A DNA stretch of 64,000 nt from Eledone cirrhosa (taxonomy: Eukaryota): NCBI GenBank assembly GCA_964016885.1, contig OZ024743.1, positions 56,730,001-56,794,000 of the forward strand, in the 5' to 3' direction. Shown here piece by piece: positions 28,028-41,118 of this stretch. Positions within the stretch are counted from its first letter, which is position 1, and every line of letters starts with the position of its first letter. The notes beneath the pieces are model-generated. The model was not told the origin of the DNA. It saw only the letters and a list, made by a program, of their open reading frames with translations, and did no database searches. A program made the translations under genes and the position numbers.

Positions 28028-28050
28028 CACATACACATACACATATATAT
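27345..28050. repeat. Complex (TA/TG/CA) microsatellite with a strand-polarity flip
   Basis: TATG-rich left half and CATA-rich right half, palindromic around ~27848. Confidence 0.9.
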
Positions 28051-28629
28051 TTATAGCAGTGTCTGGTGGCAGAGCAAGGGAAATGAGTACAATATAGAGA
28101 GACCAGTAAGAGAGAGACACAACACACACACAGACAGACAAAAAGAGGTTGGCTGGCTGGCTGCTTTGCTTCAGTGGCTGTGTGTCTGTCTGTGTCTCTG
28201 CTGCAGTTCAACTAGAGTCCAAATCATGTGAACTTTTGACACTGTCTTCAATACTACTGAGAAAGAAAGAAAAAAAAAAGGGAAGAAGAAAGGAGAGGGG
28301 AAAAAAGGTTTTAGAATTTTTAGTTGACCTATTGACCTTGTCTGAAAAAAATATACCCCCACCACCACCCTGTCTGTTCCCATACAAACCTTTTTTTTAA
28401 AAACTTATTTTGTCATTTTTGTTTATTCTTTATTTTAAAGAGAAAAATAATTTTTGGTGAACATTTTTCTCTCCTCTCCCCCTCTCTCTCCCCCCCCTTA
28501 CTCTCCCTCCCTCCCCATTCCTCCTCCCTCATTCTCTCTAAGAAGAAGAATAATGAGGGAGAAAGGGATATTCTATTTAATTAGACAGCAAAATTAAGTA
28601 AAATAACCATGATGCTGGTACTGGTACAA

Positions 28630-29338
28630 CCACTACTACCACCACCAACACCACTGTCTTATCTCTCAGTCTCACTAACCATCACTACTACCACCACCAC
28701 TGTCTTATCCCTCAGTCTCACTAACCATCACTAGTACTACCACCACCACTGTCTTATCCCTCAGTCTCACTAACCATCACTAGTACTACCACCACCAACA
28801 CCACTGTCTTATCCCTCAGTCTCACTAACCATCACTACTACCACCACCACTGTCTTATCTCTCAGTCTCACTAACCATCACTACTACCACCACCACTGTC
28901 TTATCCCTCAGTCTCACTAACCATCACTAGTACCACCACTACTACCACCACCAACACCACTGTCTTATCCATCATCTCACTAACCATCACCACCACCACC
29001 ACTGTCTTATCTCTGTCTCACTAACCATCACTACTACTACCACCACCACTGTCTTATACCTCAGTCTCACAAACCATCACTACTACTACCACCACCACCA
29101 CCAGTCTTATACCTCAGTCTCACAAACCATCACTACTACTACCACCACCACCACTGTCTTATACCTCAGTCTCACTAACCATCACTAGTACCACCACTAC
29201 CACCACCACCACCACTGTCTTATCCCTCAGTCTCACTAACCATCACTACTACCACCACCACTGTCTTATCCCCAGTCTCACTAATCATCACTACTACCAC
29301 CACCACCACTGTCTTATCCCTCAGCCTCACTAACCATC

Positions 29339-29373
<35 letters not shown>

Positions 29374-29385
29374 CACCAACACCAC
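28630..29385. repeat. ~42-50 bp minisatellite
   Basis: Unit ccaccactgtcttatccctcagtctcactaaccatcactacta. Confidence 0.9.
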
Positions 29386-29688
29386 CATCATGGCATCTTT
29401 CTCACTAGCCATTACAAACAAAACCACCTCCACCACCACCACCACCACTACTGTTTCATCCCCAGCTTCACTAATCTTTTGTTGGATTAGTTGAGAATTT
29501 AAGCTGTTTATAAACCTGTCTGCTGCTTCCATCTGAATTCCACAAACCCTTTTGTTATGGCCAATGTTAGGACAAGGGTTAACAAGGCTCTTGTAAATAA
29601 AGGACATTTTGTAGTGTGGAGAAAACTAACCCCTCACCCCTCTCTCTCTCAGCAATTTGAACATTTTCCATAAATACCTGTGGCAAAT

Positions 29689-29776
29689 ATGGCAAGACTG
29701 ACTGATGGCCATGGCGTGGGAACTTGTAGTTGTATAGCTTCTCATTGTGGTCTTGTGGACACTGCATGGACAAATG
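29689..29776 (+). CDS. Candidate alternative first coding exon (MARLTDGHGVGTCSCIASHCGLVDTAWTN)
   Basis: ATG preceded by an in-frame stop; donor G|gttaag in phase 1, in frame with 31839. Confidence 0.35.
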
Positions 29777-30317
29777 GTTAAGTAACTTGCTTTACAATCA
29801 TCAGGTTCCAGGTTCGATCCCACTATATGCATACATACCTGTAGTAAATATGTATCACTGGTTCTTTTCGACCCTGTAAAGATGAAAAGCAAAGCCAACT
29901 TTGGTGGGATTGGAACTCAGAGCATAAAGAACCACAAAGCATGTCTGATGCTCTATCGATACTGCCAATGTTTTTTAATGTATAAAGAAAATTTGTCACA
30001 GGAATGCTACCATTTAAAATAAAATTTCACCGGAGATAGATTAACAAAATTGAACGCTTTTTTAGGGGGCTGCGGTGTATGTGGAAAAATATGTGAAAAA
30101 TTAATTTGAAACTCGAGAGTAGTAATTTTTAACTTGAGCATCATAATTAACAAGAGCTAGCTTTTCAAGCCTTAATAATTCTATAGTCTCAAACAGCATT
30201 TTTTAATGATTGTTCCTATAGTTGTGTATATAGATATTTCATAAATATACAAATGGCTGACTAAATACGTTTTTTCTCAAGTTTTTTTTCCTATTAACTC
30301 CTCTTCTCACTTTCTAT

Positions 30318-30635
30318 TTAGTGGTTAGAGCATTGACGTCACAATTGTAAGGTTATGAGTTCAATTACCGGACTGGGTTGTGTGTTGTGTTCTTGAACAA
30401 AGCACTTTACTTCATGTTGCTCCAGTTCACTCAGCTGTAGAAATGAATTGCAACGTCACTTGTGCCAGCTGTATCGCCATTGCCTTTCCCTTGGCTGACA
30501 TCATTGACATGGAGAAGGGAGGCTGGTATGCATGGGCGACTGCTGGTCTTCCACAAACACACCTTGCCCAGGCTTGTGCCTCAGAGAGGAACTTTCTAGG
30601 CGCAAAACCATGGTCATTCACGACAGAAGGGGGTC
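30318..30635 (+). mobile_element. tRNA-derived SINE (second subfamily)
   Basis: Same head as 10441 but a different 3' half; homologous to 33570-33887. Confidence 0.8.
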
Positions 30636-31838
30636 TACATATACATATATATAACTGTCATTTAACATCCATTTTAAGAGTACTAGATACATTTTATCAT
30701 AGCATGCCCTAGAAAAGTTGTCATGTCCTTGATACAACTGAAGAATCTCTTCAATCCTTGTTTCTATGGTTGGATCACCTTCCTAACACCATTCACTTTA
30801 CAGAGTGTACAGGGAGCATTTTCTTGTTACAGCAACACTAAGAGTATTAAATCTTTGATACCCCTCTTGATCCTTTGTTTTGTAATAATTTCTCATTAGT
30901 GACAGGAAAGCTCTTGTTTTAATATCATATTATAGAAGGTCTAGGATCCTCAAGTACAATCAGTTGCTATAGGATGGCCCATAAAATAGGGTAAAGACCC
31001 TTAGAGATGGAAAAAGAAGTTGCCAGCAGCCATTGGAAGGGATTAAACCTCGTATCATCATCATCATCATCATTGCTTTTATGTCTGTTTTCAGCACAGC
31101 ATCTCTCCATGTTCCTTCATCTCTTCTGTGAGTCTCAGCTATATGAGGTCAGCTGTCACCAACTCTGCCTAGGTCTCCCTTAGTCTATCTCTACTACGGC
31201 TTCCTTCCACTGGGATTTCCTGGTACTTCTTCACCCAGTGACCATCATCATCATCACCGTTTTACGTCCGTTCTTCCACGCTAGCATGGGTTAGACGGGT
31301 TGTCCTGTTGTGGGCAGTGTCCGGTCGACTGACTTTGTCATGCTCATACGGGAACTGATTCTGGCTTGATTTCTACAGCTGGATGCCCTTCCTAACACCA
31401 ACCTCATTTACAGTGAGTGCTGGGTGCTTTTTTTCTGTGGCGCCTACACATCCACTTTACAGTGTGGGCTGGGTGCTTTTTTGCCGTGGCACCTCCACGA
31501 CCACTTTGGGAGGGTATGGGGGCATATTGTCTATATGCTTCAGCTTCGGCTTGTACTCGTGGGGGGTTGGGCCTTCTGTATTACTGCGTGACGCCAGAGG
31601 TCACTGTCGTGTGTCATCATCGCCTTTGAGAGGTGTAATTGGATAAGGTCGGCTTTTATCATCTCATCCCAGGTCTTCTTGGGTCTCCCCACTCCGTGGT
31701 TTCCATCGACTTCTACCATAAGCTATTTCATAGTAACTGACTGCACTTAAATTTATTTTCTGCACTTCAGTATCCTACATCTTCTATAAATTTATTCCCT
31801 GAGTGTTTTTAAGTTCCATGTTTGTTTGTTGTTTGCAG

Positions 31839-32035
31839 CTCGTGAAGCAAATGTATGCAAAGCCGACACAGTGTTTCGTTCAATGTTGTTGGAGGAGTCT
31901 TTGTTACCAGAATCTGAAACTAGTAATAACAGCAACAACAACAACAACACCAACAACAACAACAACAATAATAATAATAGTACAGACCACCACAACAACT
32001 ACAAACCATCCACAATACTACGATTAGGACCAGCA
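31839..32035 (+). CDS. Internal exon of the uncharacterised small protein (AREANVCKADTVFRSMLLEESLLPESETS-polyN-STDHHNNYKPSTILRLGPA)
   Basis: Acceptor tgttgtttgcag| and donor GCA|gtaagt; 197 nt, phase 1-0. Confidence 0.75.
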
Positions 32036-33569
32036 GTAAGTATTTCTTCTCCCACCAGGTTTACTCAACTCTTTCATTTCATGGCAGTATTTCTAATGAA
32101 ATGACACTGTATTTGAATTACATCGTCATTGCCATCATCATCATCACCATCACCGCCATCATCATTGCCATCATCCATCTACTTTCTATGTTGTCAAAGT
32201 TGGATAGGTTGTCAACAGCCTAAGACTAGACTGGTCGAGGAACCAGGTGTTGCTTACATACATTCCATACACGGTTTGGTTTTTATAGTTGGATGCCCTT
32301 CCGAATGCCAACCACGTTACTGAGTGTACTAGGTGCATGGTATTAAATTATTTAATTTATCAGAATTATATCAAATTATGTTGGAAGATTTTAATTTAAT
32401 TAGGAACCCTTTAAAATGTGTGATTTTGTTTCATCTGTTTTTGATGGGTTGGTATCGGTAGGGTAAACCTTATAGTAATGTGAGGTAAATATATCAACCT
32501 TGATAATGTTGCCAAAAATGGTACACGGCTTTGATATCATAGCCCTAAAACACTACACCATCACTAGCAAAGCTTGGACAGCTCATCACAGACTAGTCAT
32601 TACTCAAATGGAGCTATTGGGGCCTGCAGCTTGCTTACTTACATTCCCACACTTTATCGATTGCTCTGACTGGCTGGTGTGGGGATGGGGGGACTTGCCT
32701 GTCACTTGCACTCTACTGAGTGCATTTTATCATGTCACCAGCACTAGAGAGATAGTCATGTCTTTTGCTCAGCTGAAGAGTCCTCCCAACCTTTTTATGG
32801 CTGGTTTTCTATGGCTGGATGTCACCATCCTATCACTGATCACTTTACAGAGTGTACTGGGTGCATTTATCTTAGGTTTACTAACTTTCAGTTACTATGG
32901 CTAGATGTCCATGCTGTCACCAACCATTTTATAGAGTTTATTGGGTGCGTTTATTGGGTAGATCACTCACATTACACTACCAATATATCCTAAAAATGTA
33001 ACATTGTTCTTGATAGGTTAGTGACCTCCAAATGAACCTGTGTTATGAATCATATCTTAGGTTTACTAACTTTCTATTAGTTGCAGTGTGTGATGCCATT
33101 GGCAAGTTTGTTTTCACTCTTAAGTGATACTTATTTTTGTTATTTGAGTCATACTGTTTTTCATAATTATCCTATGTGTTTTTTTGCTAAGCTGTCATGA
33201 GTTGGACAGGTAGTCACAGCCTAAGTTAGTACTTAACTGGAGCTACTGTCCTCCCAGATGAACCAAAGAACATATCACACTTACATATGTTCTGGTATGG
33301 TTTCTACAGCTGGATGTCCTTTGTATTGTAACAAGAAACTACAAGGGTTGGCACTAGGAAGTGTATCTAGCTATAAAATATTGCGTCAAGAAAGAAAGGA
33401 CCCCCCCACACACACACACACACACCACCATGATGGGTATAAAGCTTGTCACAGTAGATAGCTTTAAACCTTTTGTAATGTATTTCAGATAAGTGAGGAA
33501 TCATTTTCAGGTATTTACTAAAATTTATTACTCATTTCATTATTTAACATATGGTTCTTTTATAAAATG

Positions 33570-34255
33570 AAGGCACATGGCTTAGTGGTTAGAGCGTCAG
33601 GCTTACAATCCTGAAGTTGTGACTTCAATTCCTGGTCTGAGTGGTGTGTTGTGATCTTGAGCAAGACACTTTATTTCACGTTGTTCCAGTTTACTCAGCT
33701 GTAGAAATGGGTTGCAACGTCACTGGTGATAAGCTGTATTGGCCATAGCCTTTCCCTTGGACATTATTGGTGGCATGGAGAGGGGAAACTGGTATGCATG
33801 GGTGATTACTGGTCTTCCACAAACACCCGTGCCTGGTTTATGCCTCAGAGAACTTTCTAGGTGCAAATCCCATAGTCATTCATGCCTATATGGAGGCACA
33901 TGGCTTAGTGGTTAGAGCATTGGCCTTGCAATCGAAAGGTTGTGAGTTCAATTCTCAGACCAGGTGATGTGTTGTTTCCTTGAGCAAGACACTTTATTTC
34001 ACATTGCTCCAGTTTACTCAGCTGTAGAAATAAGATGATAGGGACTGGGGTCCCTATCATTCCACTGCAAAGTGGTCGTGCAGGTGCCACGGCAAAAAAC
34101 TACCCAGCACTCACTGTAAATGAGGTTGGTGTTAGGAAGGGCATCCAGCTGTAGAAATCAAGCCAAAATCAGTTCCCGTCTCGACTCTTGCAAGCAGGGA
34201 AAAGTGGACGTAAAATGAAATGATGATGATGATGATGATGACTGAAGGGGTCTTT
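33570..34255 (+). mobile_element. Nested SINEs: a young copy (33891-34240) inserted in the 3' end of another SINE
   Basis: Host sequence gtcattcatg...actgaagggg is split by the inserted copy (compare intact 30613-30635). Confidence 0.75.
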
Positions 34256-34892
34256 ACCTTTGTTGAAAGATTTTAATTTAAGTAGGAATACTTTAAAATG
34301 GGTGGTATTATTTCATAGAACCAAATATACTCTATTCAAATTTTGAGGCATTTACTAAAATCCTTATTTAATTGCTAAGATTGTAACTTAACATATGGTT
34401 CTTATATAAAATTATGTTTATTTAAATGGGAACCCTTTAAAATGTATGATTTTGTTTCATAGAACCAGAACTGGTTTTGGTTGGGTCAGTATAAAAAAGG
34501 GCTTAAAATGTTTGTGATATAGAATCATCACCATCACTGTTTAACGTCCATTTTTCCATGCTAGCATAGGTTAGACAAATTGTCCTTTTGTGAGCAATGC
34601 CAGGTCAGGTGACCATGTCTTGCTCATACAGAACTGATTCTGGCCTGGTTTCTACAGCTGGATACCCTTCCTAACCAACCTCATTTACAGTATGTACTGG
34701 GTGCTTTTTGTTGTGAAAATATACGACCACTTTACAGTGTGGGCTGGGTGCTTTTTTGTCGTGACACCTACACGAGACCACTTTACAGTGTGGGCTGGGT
34801 GCTTTTTTTTGTTGTGACACCTACACGACCACTTTACAGTGTGAGCTGGATGCTTTTTGTTAATATTAATATATTTTTTATTTTTATTTCAG

Positions 34893-34964
34893 CCACCTGT
34901 TTATATACGTCCGATACCAAACAAAACCAGTTTGCTGGAAATATATCTGTCTAGTGATTTATAG
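34893..34964 (+). CDS. Last coding exon of the uncharacterised small protein (PPVYIRPIPNKTSLLEIYLSSDL*)
   Basis: Acceptor tttttatttcag|, phase 0, TAG at 34962-34964, followed by AT-rich UTR-like sequence. Confidence 0.7.
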   Translation, partial: PPVYIRPIPNKTSLLEIYLSSDL

Positions 34965-37518
34965 TGACACTGAAATAATGTCACAATTTACAATCAAAAT
35001 CCAACAAATACCATCAAATCTCATTAACTCGATTGATATAAACTCCCCCTCCCACAAAACCCCAAAATCAAACAACATACTCTCTTTATTTGGAATATTT
35101 CCTTCAATCATTTTCATAATGTAACAAAATCAAATTATTTTAATGACTATATTTATTTACAACTGTGAAAAATGTTGTCTAGAATGAATTTTCTTAAGAG
35201 TAATTAGAAAATTAATTTTAGCACTAAAGGAAACAAGTCTCTGTAAATTGTCTTTAGTGTTGCAGTGGCTGGACTTTTGAATCACAGGTACAACTCCTTT
35301 ATTTTTCAGCTGAGTGAACTGGAGCTCAGTGAGTGGACTTTGTCTTGCTGAAAGATACAACATTGCCATAAAGAATTAAACTCATGACCTTATGATCACG
35401 TCTATCTCCCTATATATATATACACACACACACATACACGTACTATGTTAAGGTATCAAGACATATAATATGTATGGTGAAAAAATACTGTTTCTCAAAC
35501 GATATATGGCTCTTTCTCTCTATACACACACACAAAACGGGTTTCTACAGAGTTTCTTCTCTACACCAAATTTCACTCACAAGCCATGCCACACAATGAG
35601 ACTGAACTCGAAATCCACATGGTTGTGAAGCGAACTCCTTAACCATACAGCCATGCTTTTCTTTTTTACTTTTAGTTTTATAAATTGCATTATTTTCATA
35701 TGAAGGTTTCAACAGTGCTGATAGTGTTACATTCTCATCATGATGTAAAAAACTCATTTCGAAAATCGCATTATATCATTCCCTTAATTAATGAAGAATT
35801 TATAAGCTTACCTCACCCCTCATCTCTAAATATTTTTATAGAAAGTAGATTTACATAATCTAAGTTTCTAGAAAATACTTTCAAATTAAACAAGTTAACC
35901 TTTCTGTTAGCGTATTTCAATAGAAATATGTTATCTACAATTTCCAAATAATTTTGAAAATAGTCAAGAATTTGGATGGATTTGATTCTATAGCTGACTT
36001 TCTCATTAACTTGGTGTTTGGATTATGACGGAAGGTTTTTGATAAACAAACATCCTAGAATCATAGAACCAGCAGTGGTTTGTAATTAAAATGGTTATTG
36101 TTGACTACCTTAACTCTTTCATTACCATATCTCTAATGACACTATGATTTTCAAAAAGAATTTCAAGAGATTTAGTAATCTAACAAACTTTTTCATTATC
36201 AAACTAGTGTTTATAGCATGAGAAAGTTTTTAACATAAAATTATGATGAAGGGTTATTTTTCTTCTTTTTTTTTTTAGATAAATATAAACACTTTAAAAT
36301 AAAGTTTTGAATCATAGAACTAGGGGCTGTTTCAGACGGCTTGGTATCAAAAAGGTTAAAAGGTATTTCACATTCTGTTCATGTGTATACAAATACATAC
36401 ACATATATAGCTTCTATTCATAGCTGTTTATATTTTTATACTTTATCACCAAATTGTATATTACAAGACTTAGCTGATTAAATTAGAATTTATTTTTTTA
36501 TAAATGTCTATATATGTAGTGGAATGTTTTGTCACAAATACACATTTCTATGAAGATTTACAAAATATATTATTAACCCTTTTGTATGATGAAATAAATG
36601 ATAAATATAAAGTGGTTTAAGAGTTTTGATGTGGTTTTGGAATAGCTTAACTCTTTAACATTTACATTACTCTATATATACTATTGTATTTTCCTGGTAA
36701 CGGCTTTATCTCACATAATATTGAAGCTATGAGATTTTGATATTTATTTTGAGAACAATACCTTAACATCAGTATGAGTAGCCAGTTACAGCTGGTTTGA
36801 ACAGAAAGAGGTGAGAGAATTCTGGCCAGATATGGCCAGTTTCAATGCTAATGGGTTAAATGACTCTACCACAGTGTAATTGCTTTATTTTCTATACACT
36901 GTATAGATCAAGTCATTTGCTGGACAAACGCAACTAGAAAATTGATAATCAGCTTCTTTATATTTATCATTTATTTGTTGATATTAAAATTTGTGGAACT
37001 GTCATTGACCAGGTCACAAACAGTGTGACAAATTTTGACACGAAAATAAATCAATGTAAAGTGAAGTTAAGTCTTGTGTGTGTGTTTTTGAATGGTTAAA
37101 ATGAATCTTCAATGATGTAATTTCTAATTTTAGATTTTGTTTATTTAAATTAAAGAAACTTTTCCTTCTTTTAATATGTGGTGACTAATGTCTCATTAAA
37201 CAAACAGCTACATATTTAAAGTTCTGTATATTTTTCTCATTGCCAAACATGACTAGATTTTATACTATATCAAATGTAGTAATATATATATATTATCTTT
37301 GTTGTATGACTGAGAATGTTATGAATTTGCCTTCTGGAAATGTTGTGAAAAAGCTTTAAAAATAAATAAGAATTACAAATTTGTTTTTTGTTAATTATTT
37401 GAATTTATTGTATATAAAATATTGAACTCTTTTTACTTGTTAATAGAAAATTGACGTTAAATGATGATGATGGTAATATACACACACACACACACACACA
37501 CACATACGTGTGTGTGTA

Positions 37519-37740
37519 CAGGGTGGGCCAGAATTCATGACTCGCTTGTTAGTTACATTTCTTAACGTTTATTTTATTGTTATTGTATTGTTTTAATTTA
37601 TCATTTTATTTCTTAATATGCTTAGCAGGTTTCTTAATTTATGCCTGTATATAGTATTATATTCCTTGACTTGTTTTATAACATTTTGTGTTAATAGATC
37701 TATAAATAATCAAGGGAGTCATGAATTTTGGCCTACCCTG
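37519..37740. mobile_element. Tc1/mariner-type MITE
   Basis: TIRs cagggtgggccagaattcatgactc / gagtcatgaattttggcctaccctg with TA flanks. Confidence 0.85.
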
Positions 37741-37879
37741 TATATAGAGATATGTATATCCGTGTGAGAATGCTAAATGAGCATCTCCAGATTATTTATG
37801 TACAGAAAGTATATAAGCTACAGCTTATACTTGTCTCAGTGCTGATTCAGTAGCTGTCACTGATGATAGATAAAAATCC

Positions 37880-38230
37880 TTCTTCACCCACTTTTTCCTG
37901 TGTCAAGAACAACCATCTCCAACTGAGCTGGCTGGATCTCCAAGTGAGACCATCCAAGCTCATGGATGTTATCCAACAATCTTGTTCTGGGTCTCCTGCC
38001 AGCTGGTTTTGCTCATAAAATCTGTCCAGCGATTCTTTCCTGAGACATTCTAACCACATGCCCATAGTATTGGAGCTGTAATCTCTCAATTCGGAGAAGT
38101 AGTGGCTTTTCTTCGAGCTCCGTTACTCTATTGAGTAACATTACTCCAAAGACCCTTAGGAGGAACCCCATTTTGGCTGCTTGTATTTGCGATTGTATTC
38201 TTTCAGTCATTACCCAAGATCCCATAACCA
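37880..38230 (-). mobile_element. RTE-type LINE 3' fragment
   Basis: Reverse-complement homology to 6520-6960 (SWVMTERIQSQIQAAKMGFL). Confidence 0.75.
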
Positions 38231-39267
38231 TAGATAAAAATCCTGAAACACTAATACCGAGCATTCTCACACAGCTGATGAGATAGCTGTTACATACATG
38301 ATCACTGATTAATACATTCGTAGTAGAATTTGTTTATGTATAAACATTCTATATGCCTCCATAAACACCTAATGCTAGTACCACTGCTAATGTTGATGGA
38401 AAGAATGGAATGTTTAGTTATAGAAGCAGCAGCAGTAGTGTGTGTGTGTGTGTGATTTTCATCACCATTATTTTTACATCCATTTTTCCATGCTTGCATG
38501 GGTTGGACATGTGTATATATTCATATGTAGTTGACAGAAAAAGGTACTGAACATCGATGAATTTTTCAAATGTTTGGGGCCTCATTTGTTCTAAATCCGG
38601 CACTGCTTTTGTAGTTGTCTCATCAGAAAGGAGGCATCAGTAGTACCCCTTCCTGGCATAAATTCAAACTGCATCTCATCTAACTTGATTCTATCCCTAA
38701 TTAATTGTGCTATATAAATAATCCTTTCAGTAACTTTCATCATCTGGTCCATCAACTTGATGCCTCAATAGTTACTTCTCTCTAGTGTGTCCCCTTTGTT
38801 CATCGGCAAGCCCAGCTTGTGGGACGTATGCTGATAGTATAGTGGTCTAAGGTTTGTCTTAGTGTGTGTGTATATAATGATAAAGTTATATCTGCATAAA
38901 TTTGTGTGTAACCAAGATTGCACCAATGTGTATAAATGTATACACATATCTAATTTGCAGGCATGTTAAACATGCCAAAAAATTAGTGTATATATTTATA
39001 CATGGTGCAGTCTCAATTACACACTCTGTATTTATACAGATATAACTTTATCATACCCTTTGGTTGTGAGTGCACTTCTTACTATATATATATAATGTAC
39101 CCAGTTCACACTGTAAATGTGGTTGGCATTAAGGGCATCCAGCTGTAGAAGAAACAGTTCTGTATGAGCACGACAGTTATGATTTGACTTGTCTCACAAG
39201 ACAACTCATTTAAACCATGCTAGTGTGGAAAATGGATGTTAAACTGATGATGATATATATATATATA

Positions 39268-40087
39268 TAGGGTGTGGACAATATTTGTTCGCAATTTTCA
39301 ACTGCTAATTTTATGCAAATTTTTTTTAACTTCTGTTGTCACTCTTGTCTTCATAAAAACAGTGACTATATTTCCATTATTTATTTTCAGAATAATTGAT
39401 TATTAATAATTTTGAACCTCCAAATTTGTGGAAGAGACATGGAGTTCTTCTTGGAATCCGGGAGGATAAATAAGACCAGAAGATCAACAACAGGTGGCTC
39501 GCTGTCTCATTCAAAGACGTGTCCAGAGTCATGCAGACAAAGTTTCCAGTGACATTGGTCTTAGGTGTCGTCATGCCGCCTCAAGCTGAACACTGATGGC
39601 TACATCCGCGTTCTGAGCAAGGTAGTAAAGCCCTGGATAGACCAGGTAGCTGCAGGTAGGACGTACGTGTGGCAGCAAGACTCAGTCCCCTGCCATACCA
39701 GCTGAAAGACCCAAGCCTGGCTGTCAGAGAACTTCATCGACCACACTTCACCTGACATCTGGCCTCCCAGCTCGCCTGACTGCAACCCCCTCGACTTCTT
39801 TGTGTGGGGTGCAGTGGAACGAGACACCAACAGATCTAGCTGCAATACGAAAGACGATCTGAAGACCAGGATCACAAGTGCCTTTAGGGGCCTAAGTCGG
39901 GGGACAGTGACAAAGGCCTGCAGCCAGTTCTGAGGCTGCCATCAAAGCCAATGGCGGGTTTATCGAGTGAGATCGAAAGAACAAGTGATGAAGACAAATT
40001 GACCCAAGTTTGATAAATATATCTTAAAAAATAAAACTAGTTATCTTTTCCTAGACAGTAATCTTGCGAACAAATATCGTCCGCACC

Positions 40088-40090
<3 letters not shown>
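39268..40090 (+). mobile_element. Internally deleted Tc1/mariner transposon, DD37D (maT-like) transposase relic
   Basis: TIRs agggtgtggacaatatttgttcgcaa / ttgcgaacaaatatcgtccgcaccctg, TA flanks. The + frame reads QQD-37 aa-D including WPPSSPDCNPLDFFVWG, with an internal stop. Confidence 0.9.
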
Positions 40091-40123
<33 letters not shown>

Positions 40124-40947
40124 TCAGGCCTCGAATAATCATACCGCCCCCTGCTTATTAATTTTTCCACCTCCACCACTCTGATTCCAACCCTCTCATT
40201 TATTTTAAATTTTGCTAATCTATCTCCAGCAAAATCTTATTTTAAGTGGTAGCATTCCTGCGACAATTTTCTTTATACATTAAAAAACATGCATGACAAA
40301 AAAAAAGAACTATTAGAAATCCCATATGTTATAAAATAAATAAGATATGGGGGAGTCTCACCCGCCGACGTTAACTTTGCCTTTCATCCTTACAGGGTCG
40401 ATAAAATAAAGTACCAGTAATACACTGAGATAATTGCTGGCCTTGTGCCAAAAGTAGAAACAATATGTAAACTAAAAGATTAATTCTTTTTAAAAACAAA
40501 CCTAGAAAAATTACCGATACCTTATTAACCTCCCTATTATTTCGGACCTGAGAGTATATATACTCTTGCATGTGTGTAAGCAACAGGAATCCAGTCATAA
40601 AATTTCCTCAAAAAGAAACCGCATAAATATGAAGCTTATGAGTTATGCAAAAGTAACCCCTGTTTTGGCAAGACAAACAACCATCAAATGCTTTTTTTTT
40701 TTTTTTTTTGTTAAGTGATAAATTGTTTACAAACCTTCAAAACCCAAGTTTATACATATATCACCATCATCATTTTATGTCTGCTTTTCCCTGGGTTCTC
40801 TTCAGTACAGCATCACTCCATTTGTCACGGTCTTTCGTCATCTCTGAGCTTCAGCGATTGGAGGTCAGCTCTCACCACCGCTGCCTATGTTTTCCATGGT
40901 CTTCCTTCCACTGGGATTACTTGGCATATATATATATATATATATAT

Positions 40948-41118
40948 ACACGAGGGTCAGTTGAAAATTTCATAGGCTGACTATGAAGGAGTGATGCTAG
41001 AGCTGTGAAATCCTGCATTAATTTCAACTCTTATTAATAACTGCCTTACTTCTTTCCAGGGACTATATTGAAAAATAAATAGTTGGTCAGCCTATGAACT
41101 TTTCAGCTGACACTCATA
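40948..41118. mobile_element. Mariner-type MITE
   Basis: TIRs gagggtcagttgaaaatttcataggctga / tcagcctatgaacttttcagctgacactc. Confidence 0.8.
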
